Positions 15,301 through 28,930 of a DNA stretch of 64,000 nt are shown here, one piece after another. The position numbers and the translations under genes were made by a program. This stretch comes from Vezdaea acicularis (taxonomy: Eukaryota): assembly GCA_026025075.1 (NCBI GenBank), contig JAPEUI010000007.1, positions 186,001-250,000 on the forward strand. The letters are read 5' to 3'. The notes under the pieces were generated by a model. That model was given only the letters and a program-made list of their open reading frames with translations, was not told where the DNA came from and did not search any database. Each line of letters opens with the position of its first letter. Position 1 is the stretch's first letter.

Positions 15301-17400
15301 ATCGGTCGACTCGAGAATGCAGCTGTCAATTCCGCGAGAGCAAGAAGGGCGTTAAACAAGAGCATAAAGAACATGACACCTATCAGCGTCAGTGGGAGAA
15401 GACGATACAGTTAGTTCTTCAGAGCTCTTACCTCCTCGTGTGAAGACTCCAGCGGATGTCTTCGGCATATTATAAAACAAGCTTCCAACAATTAGAGCTT
15501 GGAACAAGATGCCGCCCCACTTGCTGCCCAAGGTTTGTTTATCACCCCACATTACCAAGAACTGACGATGTGTGCATGCCAGGACCTGCTTATAGAAAGA
15601 GACGGTGTAATTTTTCTGTTGTGCAGCTTTGCTACGCGTTTCCTCGCGCGCTCGACTCTGCTCTTGAAATAGCGCTTCACAACCTGCGATGTCGGCAAAG
15701 TTGTTCTTCAGTATCTCACTGTTCTGATAAGCCTGTTCAAAATCTGCCGCAGTCTTCGGGATGCGGTGTTCCCATCCCTCGCGCACATTGCGGGCGTGCT
15801 CGTCCACAACAGAAGTCAAGAAATCTGCAGTAGTCCAGCGAGCAGGGCATTCGAAACCCAGCCCCTGGAAATAGGCCTTGGCTTCTTCACTTGGGCCAAA
15901 GTAACAGCACTTGCCCTCCTCAATAAGGAGTACTTTGTCGAATAGGTTGTACAACGTCTCTCCCGCTTGGTACAACGCTACCATCGTACTCACGTTGGCC
16001 ATATTAGTAAGCACCCTTAAACTCTCGACGTACTCAAGGGCCGTGCTGGCATCGAGACCTCGAGTTGAGTTGTCCCAGCACTGTACACTAGCCTTGGTGA
16101 TGAGAGCCTCAGCAATACTCACACTATATGAAATCAGTCACTTATGCCCGAAAATGGATATTTTCGGCATGGATCATGGGGACACCGAACGCGCTTACCG
16201 CTTCTTCTCTCCACCCGAAACTCCTCGAACGAGTTCATCTCCAACTTTTGTGCCGAGCGTATGTTCGATCCAGAAGAGCTTGGAGACTACACGGAGAAAC
16301 TCTGCGGCATATTGACTACGTGTCTCTCCTTCCTCACGAGATTCCTTTCCGGGCGTACGAGTTTTCAATGCGAAGTTCAGCGTGTCCTTTACTGTCAAGG
16401 TCGGAAAGTGCATATCATCCTTTAGAGAATGTGAGCATTACTCAAACGAAATCGTCGAACAAATTTTACCTCGGGGCCATATAGCACCTCACTACGGAAG
16501 TTTTTCTTCATTGTCGCGGCATCGGTACCTCCATAGACGACCTCACCGTCAACAGCCGTATAACCCTCTCGTTGATTTCCAAGAACCTGATTGTACATAA
16601 GCTTCAGCAGTTGAAGGATCAATTATACCATATCTTGAACGTACTTTCAAGAATGTAGAGCACCCTGCTCCTGGACGTCCCAGGACCAATAACATCTCAC
16701 CTGGCTTTACAGCGCCACTGAAGTCGTTAATAATTGTCCTGACAGGAGGCTTGGCAGTAACACTCTTCGCCCCAAGTCCGATCAAGTTCCTGATCATTCT
16801 TGGAAGACCGTTGAATATGTCGCCAATGGTAGGCTGAAGAGCAGCACCCAGACCTACTCCCTTAACTGTTAAATGTTTAAAGACGACGCCGGTGTGCCTT
16901 GTTTTCTCTTCCTCAGAATGAGCCTGTCGACCCTGACCAAACATTCGAGACATCAAACGCTCTATCTCTGCCTTTTCTTCACCGATGCGCCCTCCCGCTG
17001 AGTATGCATCGCTGGCACTTGTACGCCTCCGAGAGAGTGACTTGAACAAGTCAGTCTCAAGCTTCTCGCTTTCGACCCTGGAGAGCTCTGCGCCATGAGA
17101 TTTATTCGTCCTGATGGGCTCAAGACCCCTGCCCGGATGAGGCTCCTCGGGCTGAGACATCGCGTCTTCATATAGCTCGGAATCTGACTTTGGCGGGCTG
17201 GGGACTGCCGCTTTTTCTGATGACATTCCTGCAGCTGGGGAAAGAGTCGTGTCTTCAACTTCTTTCTGGCTAGCTGCACCCCGATAGTCCAGCATGGTGG
17301 ATGCGGGGTTTTGACCGCTATGTGCCAATGGAAAGACAGGTTCACCTGAGATCTCCGGAGAAGTTCCACCAGGAACTTGCTTGACTTTCTCCTCGTCCAT
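12398..17400 (-). CDS. Full-size PDR/ABCG multidrug ABC transporter, AtrF-like
   Basis: NBD1 Walker A GRPGAGCST, signature VSGGEKKRVSIAE, CWDNSTRGLD; NBD2 GASGAGKTT, LNQEQRKRVTIGVEL, DEPTSGLD; two TM domains; several GT-AG introns. The N-terminal EEEKTRHTGVVFKHLTVKGVGLGAALQPT resembles AtrF-type proteins (from memory, not searched). Confidence 0.95.
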
Positions 17401-17959
17401 GATCGCGAATCCTGCTATTATTCAAGCGCTTTACGAACACGAGGTTATGGGACGCACGCGCAGTTTGCCGAAAGGATGTATTCATCAACACCTCGTCTAC
17501 TATCAAAATAGAGAGAGTAAAGTGAAGTGAAGTAGAGGCAGAGTGAATGAAAAGAGCTGGAAGGCGCGCATGGCCTGTGAAAATGGAGTGAAGAGAAATA
17601 GCTCAGGGGGATGGTGGACACTGCTTCATAAAGGAATGTTTAACGCAGTAAGACAGGCCGAGGAATTGTGTTTTGCACAGGATAATCTAGCGGATGAACT
17701 CTGCCCGACTACATCTGCCGATCGGTATCACGGAAGGCTACTCTCCGACTTAGATCTTGGCGCAGCTCCCCCCTGTCTGAGATGAAACTATACGCATATA
17801 GGTCAATTAGGGAAATTAATTCCTCTTCTCGGATCAATTCGATCGTTCTGCGCGCTTAGCTCCATCGAAGAGTCATGGTTGCCTTTGCGGGCGAGAGAGC
17901 GGACGAACGTCATTCCACTCGGGTCTCGGCGAATCGCAAGCGCGTCTTGGCCCGCATCG

Positions 17960-17980
17960 CGGAGACCCCTCTTTCCGAAC
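17960..17980. promoter_or_regulatory. Putative AtrR-type CGG-N12-CCG element upstream of the ABC transporter
   Basis: CGG-AGACCCCTCTTT-CCG-AAC, ~560 bp upstream of the transporter ATG, with the same CCGAAC flank and gene-relative orientation as the CYP51 site. Confidence 0.5.
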
Positions 17981-18822
17981 CCGCGAGCATCCGGCCCACA
18001 AACTTTTGCATAAGATACCGTGTTGGCCATCCACGTATCGGAAGCAATTGGGATGCAACGCTGCAATTCACGTGCCCTTAGAATTATCTAAAGCTTCCCG
18101 GTAAATAGACCTGGGCGCCAAGGAAACGCCACGTAACCCACCGTGACCGTATTAGATAAGATCCAAATGACGCATAAGCAATTGTTCCCCACACTACAAA
18201 ATGCCCTCGGTCTCGGGGGCATAGAATGACCCCACAGGGCCCCACAGGGCTGCGGGCAGGGCCCAGGGAATGATATTTCCCAGAGAGCAAAGGTGTTGTA
18301 CTCTCGAGCTCATAACAAGACGTTGGGACTGCTGAGATTAATGTATGCCAACGGGTAAACATGCCCCTGATCGCTTATGCGCCATCGATCTTTTGTTCGC
18401 CGCTTCGATCGCGGGGAAGTCCTGGCCAATCGCATATCCATTAATTCACAGAAACATCATCGCTGGTTAGTCTCCATTGCTTGTTTCCTGCATGATACCT
18501 GCACCTGTATCCCATTAGACCCTGAGGTGGTTGCCTGTCATCTTTTTATAAGTGCGCTCGCAGCTACAGCCGCGACACGTGAAAGCGGCGCTTGGCGCCT
18601 AGCTTGGCGGATGGTTTCTCGCTCCGACCTCCCCAATGCGACTGGCCCGGACGCTACGTAGTGTTAGATGCGCTGATGCATTGGCCAAGTTAAGGAGCAA
18701 GGAGCACGTCTGGGAAAGAGCACGACAAGTTCGGCGTCATCTTCGTATCTACTTTCGTCCTAGCCTTATAATTCACGGCATGGACGCGACAGGGCGCGGT
18801 CATAGAAAACGCCCCTCTAAAG

Positions 18823-20673
18823 ATGAGGTCTGTCGTGCAACATCAACGTCAACTTTCAAGATCGTGTTTCGTTTCTCGAACACGTCACCTTAGTCGAAGG
18901 CGGTATGCCTCACTATCAGCCGCAAACCTCAAATTTGGGCAACCCACGCACGAAACACATCCTCATTTGTTAAAAGCAGGGGAGGGTAAGTCTCGATCAT
19001 TCAGGATAGGGCTCCGTATGATAACAAACTGACATTTACCAGTCACCCCTGGCATAACCGCCTTGGAGTATGCGGAACGACGCGCGGAGCTCGCGGAAAA
19101 GCTGCCGGAAAAGTCAATTGCCGTACTTACCGCCGCAACAGTCAAATATCGAGCTGGCGTGGTGTTCCACGAATTCCACCAGGACTCCGACTTCTTCTAT
19201 CTGACAGGTGGCAGCCCCGCCATTCAGTCCAAAATCCATCTTCTGACCGCCATTAGGCTTCACAGAGCCAGAAGCTACGGCCATAATCGGTAGGAGGTAC
19301 ACGGCCAGGAGAGAAAGCCGATGTTGCTGACTATTAAAAGAGAAGACTGGCTCGGGGGGACAGCATGTCTTTCACTTGTTCTTGCGGCCGAAAGACCCGG
19401 TTGCTCAGATTTGGGAAGGAGCGCGATCGGGCCTTCAAGCTGCTCTGGATGTCTTCAATGCGGATGAGGTAAACACACTTGTCTCGATTTACAGGGTTCA
19501 ACTCTGACGGGATTAATAGGCCGAGGAAATTGAAAATCTTTCCTTCCGTCTGCCAGACCTTGTTGGCGAGGCTCGTGAAGTTTATACGGATAGCTTCACT
19601 CAGAAAAAGTCTAGCGATATTTCAATCTTCCGTCAACTATTTCAAGATAAGACCGATAGTTCGGACAAGCTCAACAAGGTACTGAAGACCAAGACGATCA
19701 AGCCATTAAAACCTGTGATGAACAGTATGCGACTTTTCAAAAGCGATGCAGAAATTACCGTCATGCGTAGGGCCGGCCAATTCTCTGGCCGAGCTATCAC
19801 GAACGCAATGCAGAGCACTTTTGATACAGAAAAGAGCCTAGATGCCTTTCTAGAATGGCAGTTCAAAGTCCAAGGCTGTGATACATCTGCATATATCCCA
19901 GTTGTTGCAGGGGGCACGGTGCGCAAATGCGTTAGCTCAAGTAGTGGCCTTTGAAGCTAATAATTAAGGTCAGAATGCATTGAGTATTCACTACGTCCAA
20001 AATAATGACGTTCTAAGGTATGGAAATTATCTTTGAGTGGCTATAAGACAATCCGAGCTTACTATATCTACTGCAGTCAACACGATCTCGTACTTGTGGA
20101 CGCAGGTGGAGTAAAGCCCCTTTCCGTCCTCACCCCATGTGGGTATTCTAATGCCTTTTGTAGCAATATGGCGGCTATGTCACCGATATTACCAGGACGT
20201 GGCCAGTATCGCGGAAGTTCACAGACTCGCAAAGAGATTTGTACGAGGCCGTCCTCCGCGTTCAGCGAACCTGCGTGGCATTGGCCAGGCAAGACGCTGA
20301 ATTATCATTGGACAAGATCCATGAGATCGCAACTACGGGGCTACGGGATGAGCTCCAAAGTCTTGGCTTCGACTTGAAAGGCCATGACACTAAAGGAGAT
20401 TTATTCGGTCTCTTTCCCCATCATGTAGGCCATTTCGTTGGCCTCGATCTGCATGATACCCCGGGGGTGTCGCGCAAAGATAATTTGAAAGCACGCCAGT
20501 GCATCACTATTGAGCCCGGGATTTATGTTCCGGACGATGAGCGGTGGCCAAAGCACTTCCGTGGAATGGGAATTCGAATAGAAGATAGTGTGTGCATTCA
20601 AGAGGAACATCCTCTTGTGCTGACTGCCGAGGCAGTGAAAGAGGTCGTGGACATTGAAGAACTTTCCCGCTGA
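18823..20673 (+). CDS. ICP55: Mitochondrial intermediate cleaving peptidase 55 (Xaa-Pro aminopeptidase, M24)
   Basis: Arg/Ser-rich presequence, FGQPTHETHPHLL, FHQDSDFFYLTG, LVDAGG, YVTDITRTWP, FPHHVGHFVGLDLHD, ITIEPGIYVP, GIRIEDSV; about 8 exons. Confidence 0.93.
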
Positions 20674-21307
20674 ACACAGCATCCTGCGGACGAAAATCCC
20701 AATTACAGCTGGTATCTGCTTCAGGTGCATATATTTAGACTTACATATTATCAATGTCGCAACTGGCGTATTCCCAGTCCCCCACGTGAGCAAGCGAGTC
20801 CAGCACGAGGTGACGAGAAAGCCCATAAAGTGGTAGTAGGTCTATATTTAATGCGCATGAAGCTTAGATAGTTATTGCATTGGTTTTCACATTGATCTTA
20901 CTGTCGTACCCCCAATTGATCGTTGTGCATAGTCAAAGATTGAGATATTGGGTGGCTATTTACTAATTTGAGGTCGTTGCGGCGACGCTGGGATTGGTCG
21001 GTTGCTGGGCGCGGTGTGTACAAACAAAGAGTACCCGAGCCCCAAGCTCCCGTTCCCATCCCATACTCACGGTCCCAACCACCATCGGAGCTCTTCCACC
21101 CACACCTTTCTAGACTTATTGTTTCCACATTCTTTGCACCTTGACATCCGTGCATCACGGCCTCGATCCTATAGCTTACCATTATTCCACCATGTCTTTG
21201 CTGTAGCCATCAAGGCCTGGTGTTTGACGTGTTGTCGAGTCGCGTGCGGTTGTAGGACGTGCCCCTCCCCCAGTATTGGGCTCAACGCTCTGCTAGTTTA
21301 TGGATCT

Positions 21308-23588
21308 ATGGCCGCGGTGTGCATACCTCCTCCATCACAACAGCACTCTACCATGACGAGTAGGAGGGTGCCGTTATCATCAATTCCCAATGCCACCAAT
21401 TCGCCCCGCCGTGGTGCAGCTGCAGCCGCCTCGAAACGTCCTCGGTCTTTCAGCAGTCAACAGCGAGACATCCCATATGGTCAAGGCCCACCTCCGAAGA
21501 AGCAGATCGTTGAGTTCGAGCAAAGTCTTCGAAGCCCTACTAAACAACGGGCTCATCTACCAAGTGATGGACGAGCTCTATCGCGAGGTGTAAACAATGG
21601 CGGGTCAGCTACATTGCTTGAGCGAAAGCGTTTGGCTGCGGTAGAAAGACAGGCTCAGAGCAGGACTTCACGAGCAGAGAAGACCGAGAGAGAGAATCGA
21701 GAACATATAATACAATGGCAGAAGCATTATCGCAGCTTGTTCCCCGAGTTTGTTTTCTATTTCGAGAGCATACCCGAAGAAGTTCGGGCAAAGTGTTCGA
21801 AGCAGATCACTTCATTGGGAGCGGTATGTCAAAGCCCTATACTCTATCTATGCACTATCTAAACACTCATCCTGTGAACTAGAGAGAAGAGAATTTTTTC
21901 TCTAAGGATGTCACTCATGTCATCACAACACGCTCGATTCCACCTGAGCATGAAATCGTCCCGTCAACCGACCAAGCGGAGCCCTCCTCCAATGCTACTA
22001 TCTCCCAATCTCAAGTTGGCCAAGTTCGTACTATCAATCCGTCGCTACTCGAGAGATCCTCCGAAGCAACGCGGCTACAAGATCAAACCAATCCGCCAAA
22101 GGGGAAGTTCACCTTCGAGGCACCTCTGAGCCGGAGACTTCAACCTTTAGTTGGGGGAGATTCGTATGCTGTGGCATTCCACAACGTATGAAATGTAAAT
22201 TGCTAATAGAGTATAGCAGGTTCGTTCCAGATGTCGACTCTCGAAAAGCCCAGAGCAACAACCTTGATGTGCTGCATCGAGCAAGAGCACTCAACATGAA
22301 GATATGGGCTCTTGAGAAGCTGCAAAGGATGATGCATACGATGTTTGATGGCGAGACAGGAACTCAAGCCCATGGTCACAACACTCGGAGCAACAACGGC
22401 ACAGCTGGCGCAAAGGATCTTTTGGAGCTTCTCAAGAAAGAGCGTCTCAATGGCCCATCAGACCGCGACTTGACAGTCTCCTCGCGAGACATAGTCCACT
22501 TCAAGGGCCCGTTCCTATACATCTATGACATGGACGAGAAGACTCGTCCGGTGATGATGAGAGAATATCCCAAAGTCCAGAGTAAGGAAGAGGGTGCCTG
22601 GCCTATGTTCCGAAGCGTCAGCATGGGCAAGTGTCCGTTTCTAGAAGACACAGGCTACATTAAGCGCGATATGGAGCGAGAGCTAGCCAAAGAGCGAGAG
22701 GCAATGAGGGAGCATCGAGAACGACAAGCGAAGGCGCCTAGAACTCGTCTCGCAGCCGCAACTCGTTCTGCAAGGATGGAGCCACCCACAGTTACCGGAA
22801 AGCGCGCTTTGGCCCAAGTTGATGAAGATTCACAACTTACGTCGATAGCCGACAGTACACGAGATCCGTCGCTAGAGAGAGCAAAGATAGCCCCGAGCCG
22901 GAGAGGATGTCTAGATACGCTCTCGAGACCTTCCCAATCCGCGTACGAAAGCCATGCTGCTCCAGGTCATCTATATGGAGGCGAGCCTGTTGCTTCTGGA
23001 GTCCAGCCTTCAAATATCACGTCTGCGATCAGATCACAGATGATATCCTCTACTGCCGCTGCACCTGGGGCGAAGGCGGGAATGAGCAAGGAAGTCCATG
23101 GACTTACCCGCAAGGTATTGGAGAAGAATAGCGGGCAGGGCAATGGCATTCCATCGTCACATCGCATGTTCGAACCTTCCGGGGCATCCAGAGAGGTCGG
23201 CACAACGAACACAACTCGTCCCGAAAAACAAAGGGGAAGGGATGTACTCGGTAACATTCTTGAAGAGGCAGCGCCGTCTGCTGAAGCGGATAAAGAAAAT
23301 GTCACAAGGCAGAGATATGTCAAGAAGTCTACTCTAGTCCTAAAAAAGAAGGAGGTCAAGAAGAGGGACCTAAAGCCCGGATACTGCGAGAATTGCAGGG
23401 AGAAGTTTGATGACTTTGAAGATGTGAGTACCCCTCTATATTCCGGCTTCATAAAATCCTCATTGACCTCGCGTTAGCACACCTACTCTCGCCGTCACCG
23501 CAAGTTCGCTACAAGCCCAGACAACTGGGCAGAGCTTGACGGCCTCCTCAAGAACCTGGTCCGCCCTCTCAAAGAGACCTGGCCCTAA
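21308..23588 (+). CDS. DBF4: Cdc7/Hsk1 kinase regulatory subunit (Dbf4/Dfp1/NimO)
   Basis: BRCT-like motif N (WQKHYRSLFPEFVFYFES...REENFFSKDVTHVITTR), motif M (FKGPFLYIYDMDEKTRPVMMREY) and C-terminal zinc finger (KPGYCENCREKFDDFED|HTYSRRHRKFA). Four exons. Confidence 0.93.
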
Positions 23589-24328
23589 TTAGCATGTCGT
23601 CCACAGCATCAATTGTACATCTGACACTAAAAATGGTTGGCCGCGCTGTTTCCCTCAAAACTTGGAGGCATAGTCAATACCCGTCTTTTGCATGCATCCA
23701 TTGCGCTTGCTCCTCTTTTCAGTTCTTTGCATCTGTGCTCGCCCGTCCAGCTTTGTCTGGAATGCGCTAAAACCGTCACATCTATCGGGCGCGGTCTAGT
23801 GTTGCATTCGGCTTTGCGTGTGTGTCTGTCTGTCTTCTTCGGTCGGCGTTGCACATTTTGGTTGTATATATTGGAGTGCTGGGAAGGAAATGCATCTTGG
23901 TAGCTACGATGAGATGCTTTGACACGTGCCAATGATGTGAATATAGGGAGGCGGCCAATGATGATCCCCGTTCACGCCTCGCCCGGCCCGCATCGTCAAC
24001 GCCCGGATTCCACGTTGTAGGTCCGATCTCACCGCCACATCTACCTGATGAGGAGCACGATCAGATATGCGGTGAGTCATCAAATGGAGGCTCTTCTATA
24101 AAGTATCCGGGTCTGTACAGTAATCTGTTGCTCTTGGCTGTACTGTATAATACATCAATATTACAGACCGACAACGCGTCTCGCCTACCCCCACTAAAGC
24201 TCTCGCAGCGCTCCCCCCCAGCTCTCCCCACCTCGTCTCCCTTCTCCACCACTCTACCGCCTTCTCTCTCCCCCACACAGATTTCTTCCAGCCTGTCTAG
24301 CTACCACTTACTCTACATCTTCCAAGAA

Positions 24329-24889
24329 ATGGCCTCGTCCTCCCCCTCCCGGGGCCCGGGAACTCCCATCCCGGACTCGCCTGCCCCAACAGACCTGCCC
24401 CTCACCATGAGCGCCTCCATCGTCCTCACCTCCCTACCGAAAGATACACACAACGCGCTAGAAAACGCGGGGGTAATGGACTTGAAAAAAGGTATGTGCC
24501 CATCTCCACCACTCCCCCACTCATGCCACTCCATCCCCCTACAGTCTCCATGGCCCTCGCTTCCTTCCACCTCTATACCGCCCAAGCCCACAACCCCCCC
24601 TTGCTAACTCCACTATCTATCTCCACCAGTCAGCGTCCGCTTCAAAGCCATATCGTCCGCGCCCCAGCTCTCCGTGACCGTCTACAAGATCAACGCGTCG
24701 CAGCGCTTCGAGACGGTCGTCAAGTTCCTGCGGGGCAAGCTCGGCCTGCGCAAGACCGAGGGCCTCTTCTATTACGTGAATAGCCAGTTTGCCCCCGGCT
24801 TGGATGAGGTCGTGGGCAATCTTTGGAAGTGCTTCAGGACGGATGACCAGTTGATTGTTACGTACTCGACTACGCCTGCTTTTGGGTGA
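24329..24889 (+). CDS. ATG12: Ubiquitin-like autophagy protein Atg12
   Basis: Two exons (intron 24492-24629): [18 protein letters not shown]...[12 protein letters not shown]...[23 protein letters not shown]...YSTTPAFG, ending in the conjugating Gly. Confidence 0.95.
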
Positions 24890-25255
24890 TGTGGTCATAA
24901 GGGGGGATTTTGGGAAGGCGTTAGGGCATACAGGACTAGCGTTGGGGGCGTTGGGGCATTCGAGGGTAGCGTTGAGGGCGTTGGGGGCTTTTTCGGGGCG
25001 GGTTCGGAGTTTTATATGCGGCATGATGGCGTCGGGATGATGGGTGTGCTTTTGCAAGCTTTCTATCTCTAACATCTATATTGAACAGACTGAAAATAAA
25101 CCGCCGACGTATAGCATCAAGCTAGTTCATACTCAAACATTTAAACAGTCGCATCGTTCTCAACACACCATCCCCCCACGCTAAATGCAACGACCTTACT
25201 ATAAGAAATGAGAGTATAAACTCTGAACAGGATCACTACGACGCAATGCGACCAC

Positions 25256-26344
25256 CTACGTCGTCTTCTCATCAACCACACGTTCGAACTCCCTCATCTC
25301 TTCCGGCGGAATGGGATACGTATGTTCGGTGGCCGGATAAGCACGACTCTTCACTTCGCTCCTATACGTCTCAATAGCGCGCATGCTCTCGCTCCACACG
25401 TCACCGTACTGCTTGACGAATTTCGGAAGGAAGCGCCCTGGCGGGAAGTTCCCCGACATGTCGACCTGGACTAGGACCTGGCCCGAGCAGCCATTCCCGG
25501 CTCCGATCCCGATGGTGGGGATACGCAGCTTCTTCGTGACCAGGCTTGCGACCTCTGCGGGTACCGCTTCGAGGACGACGGCGAATGCGCCGGCGGCTTG
25601 CACGGCAAGGGCATCGGCCAGGACTTCGAGGGCGGTGTTTTTGGTCTTGCCTTGGACGCGGAAGCCGCCGAGGGCGTTTTGTCGTTGCGGCGTGAGCCCC
25701 ACGTGGGCTAGGACCGGTATTCCGACGCTGGTTATGCGCTCGATGGTTGGAGCCATGGACTGTCCGCCCTCGAGCTTGACGGCTTGGACGCGGCCTTCTT
25801 TGATGAGGCGGATAGACGACTCGACCGCTTGCGAGGGCGAGATCTCGTAAGAACCCATAGGCAGATCACCGATCTATGACCAATCCCAAAATTAGCAGGG
25901 TCTTGCGAAGCACTCGCTTCCTGATAATGAACATACCGTAAACGCCCCCTTCGTAGCCCTAGCCACACTCCGGCAGTGCAGCAGCATCTCTTCCAGCAAC
26001 ACCTCACTTGTGTCCTCCATGCCCAATGCAACCATGGCCAGGCTGTCCCCAACGAGGATCATATCCATTCCCGCTGCGTCCGCGACGTGCGCGCTTGGGA
26101 AGTCGTGCGCGGTGATCATGGTGATCGGCTCCCCCCTCTTATGCAGAGCGCGCAGCGTATTCAGCGTCGTCTTTTTCCGCAGACTACCCTCGGAATTTCC
26201 CAGCGGCGAGTGGGAACTCCATCTGTGTTGCGCTGCTGCTGCGAGAAAGGGCCTTATCGGGACGGCGGAGCCAGAGGAGGATAAAGGCGGATGCGCCAGA
26301 GAATGTTGTAGCAGGACACGCGACCTCAGCAGTTGTCGTGACAT
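25256..26344 (-). CDS. ECM31: 3-methyl-2-oxobutanoate hydroxymethyltransferase (panB), with mitochondrial presequence
   Basis: ITMITAHDFPSA, ILVGDSLAMVALG, VKLEGG, HVGLTPQR, PTIGIGAGNGCSGQVLV; intron 25936-25874. Confidence 0.96.
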
Positions 26345-27548
26345 GGTGATAGTGGGGCTATCGGAACGGGAAAAAGTCGTGGAATCGTGACCGCGCTATC
26401 CGAGCGAAGGAAAACGAGAAAGAAGAAAACCGAGTCATGATGGCAAACGAGGCGGCGCTTTTAAGCAGATGGCTCCTGTCGTGATGAACACTGCAGCGGA
26501 CATTTGAGACTTTTGATCTGACGGTGAGAAAGTCGGTAATCCGGTCCTCCTTTAGCGAGGATGACGGCGGAGGGCTGAGGTTGGGTCGATGGGGCAGAGG
26601 CTAGGGCTGCATGCGGTTAGTTGGGGCGCGGGACTCAGGAACGGAGGGGAGTTTGAAGCGAGCCCCGCCGGAATTCGGATGGGGCAGCTGGGAGCGGAGT
26701 CCGCGGGGGATATGGCGGGAGTCGGAAAAATCAGGATTGTGCCGCGGCTTTGCAAATGCAGCTTTTTATTCCCAAGAATTCGAAGGCTCTAATATAACCG
26801 ATATTCACAGTTATTTGAGTACGGAAATCTTTGTCATGAAGATCCAGGGAACGCTGCTGGTTTCTATGGTCCGATTGGACTGGTTTTCGGCTCTAATCAA
26901 TTTAGACAGGGAAAAGATTTAAGGGCAAGGAGTCCCTGAACAGTGTACCGGTCGATTTTGGACCTCTAAAAATTACATTATAATCACACGAATGTATGAA
27001 AATGCATCTATCAGCATATCGCTCTACCCTGAGGCCGTGGACCTGCCCTATAAGAAAGTGGAGGTGACTCTAAACGCCACTGATAGGCGAGAACAACGCC
27101 CCACGTCGCCGTCCCACCAGCGGGGACCATCCGCGTGCACGAGCTCGTCATTCATCAGTCGACACACCCCGTGCCAGCAACACTCGTGCCGTATTATTCA
27201 CTCATTCGTCTTCCGCTGAAACCGGGCTTCATCCTTTCACCACCACAGACATACCTCACATAGCACTTGAACGTGAACATAACGCTCCTTGACTGGTGGG
27301 CATCGGTTAGTTACAGTGCTTATAAAGGATCCTGCAGCGGGGCGTTTCTATTACCCAGCTCTAAGACTCAGCTTTCCGAGTAACCTTCTTTGACAACAGC
27401 AAACACTCACAGAAGACAAGCACCTCCTTTTCGAACCTACCGGCTCACGTCCGGCCCATATCTCACACACTGCTGACGCCTCCCCTTCCCAGCCAAACCC
27501 GCCACCACGACGTCCAAACCTAGCGCCCCCAAGCTCAAGCCGCCCAAA

Positions 27549-28109
27549 ATGTCCAGCCCGAAACGGCGCATCGAGACGGACGTCATGAAGATGCTGATGT
27601 CCGACTACGAAGTGACGCTCATCAACGACAACATGCAAGAATTCTACGTGCGGTTCAAGGGGCCGGAGGAGACCCCCTTCAAAGGCGGGCTCTGGAAAGT
27701 ACACGTGGAGCTACCGGACCAATACCCCTACAAATCCCCCTCCATCGGCTTCGTCAACCGCATCTTCCACCCGAATATCGACGAGACGAGCGGCTCCGTC
27801 TGCCTCGATGTCATTAATCAGACATGGAGCCCCATGTTCGACATGATCAACATCTTCGAAGTCTTTCTCCCGCAGCTGCTCCGCTACCCGAACCCCACCG
27901 ATCCCCTGAATGGAGAGGCGGCCGCGCTGCTCATGAGGGAGCCGGACAGCTATGAGGTCAAGGTCAAGGAGTATGTCGCCAAGTACGCGACGCGCGACGC
28001 AGCGGATGAGGCCGGCGAGGAGGACGATGAGAGTAGCGAGATGAGCAGTCTCGGCAGCTTCGACGACGAAGGCGAGGATGGGCAGATACCTGGCACGATA
28101 GAAGTCTAG
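27549..28109 (+). CDS. UBC8: Ubiquitin-conjugating enzyme E2 (Ubc8/UBE2H), intronless CDS
   Basis: [53 protein letters not shown] and an acidic tail. Confidence 0.96.
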   Translation: MSSPKRRIETDVMKMLMSDYEVTLINDNMQEFYVRFKGPEETPFKGGLWKVHVELPDQYPYKSPSIGFVNRIFHPNIDETSGSVCLDVINQTWSPMFDMINIFEVFLPQLLRYPNPTDPLNGEAAALLMREPDSYEVKVKEYVAKYATRDAADEAGEEDDESSEMSSLGSFDDEGEDGQIPGTIEV

Positions 28110-28930
28110 AATGGAATAGTGCGGGGGGCAGGGGATGGTGAGACCGAGTATGATACCAGATATAGTGAGATGGGGGCCCGGGGGGGAAGAGGGAGAGGTG
28201 GTGTTGGCGGTTGGAAGGCTGGATTTGAGAATCTCTGATGTTTGCGATGCATAATACAGCGAGCATTGCTTTGCTTTTCACACTGCCCATCCCCTCTTTT
28301 CTAAGATTTGAAATTTCCCCACCAGTTTGCAAGGCGTAGCGCGATGTGGCGTGGCGTTACGGAGGGTGCCGTGCCTTTTCTTTTCTACCCTTGGAGAGAA
28401 CGCCGGTGGGCAGATCACTCCTCTCACCGCTGCCAAAGCCCTCTCCACTCCACTCGAATAATAAAGATCTCATACACAACCTCGTTACATTTCTGTTTCT
28501 TGCCAATTCGATCTCGTGAGTGAAGATAGAACTTTTTGTTAGTGTATCTGTCTCTTGGACGTGGAAAGTAAGCTACGTGTACATCTTCTCTGATGGAGTG
28601 CAGAGGGTGTGGAAAGGAAGAGCACGGCTGAGCTTAGCACACCAGAAGCTGCCTAACCCCCCTTAAGATGTCTGTAGCGTGCGTGCTGAGTCCATCCCTT
28701 CGGACCTAAGAAAAGGGGGTTTGATATGGCACCTTGCGCTTTCCAAATATTGGACGAGAGCTCGCCCACCCTTGTCGTCCACTATGCCAGAACCCTTACG
28801 CCCCCAAACCAACTCCTCCCTAAACCTCAGTATTGTAAAGTGCGAAAGATAATAAAGCCATGATTCGCTAAAATACGGGCAAAGCCCAAGCTCTGATCTC
28901 CTAATACCAGCCCTGCGAGCCCAAGTGCCC

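Noticed and set aside
23958..24048. Possible second C/D snoRNA (ATGATGA...CTGA)
   Set aside because: Intergenic, and no recognisable rRNA/snRNA-complementary guide or internal C'/D' boxes.
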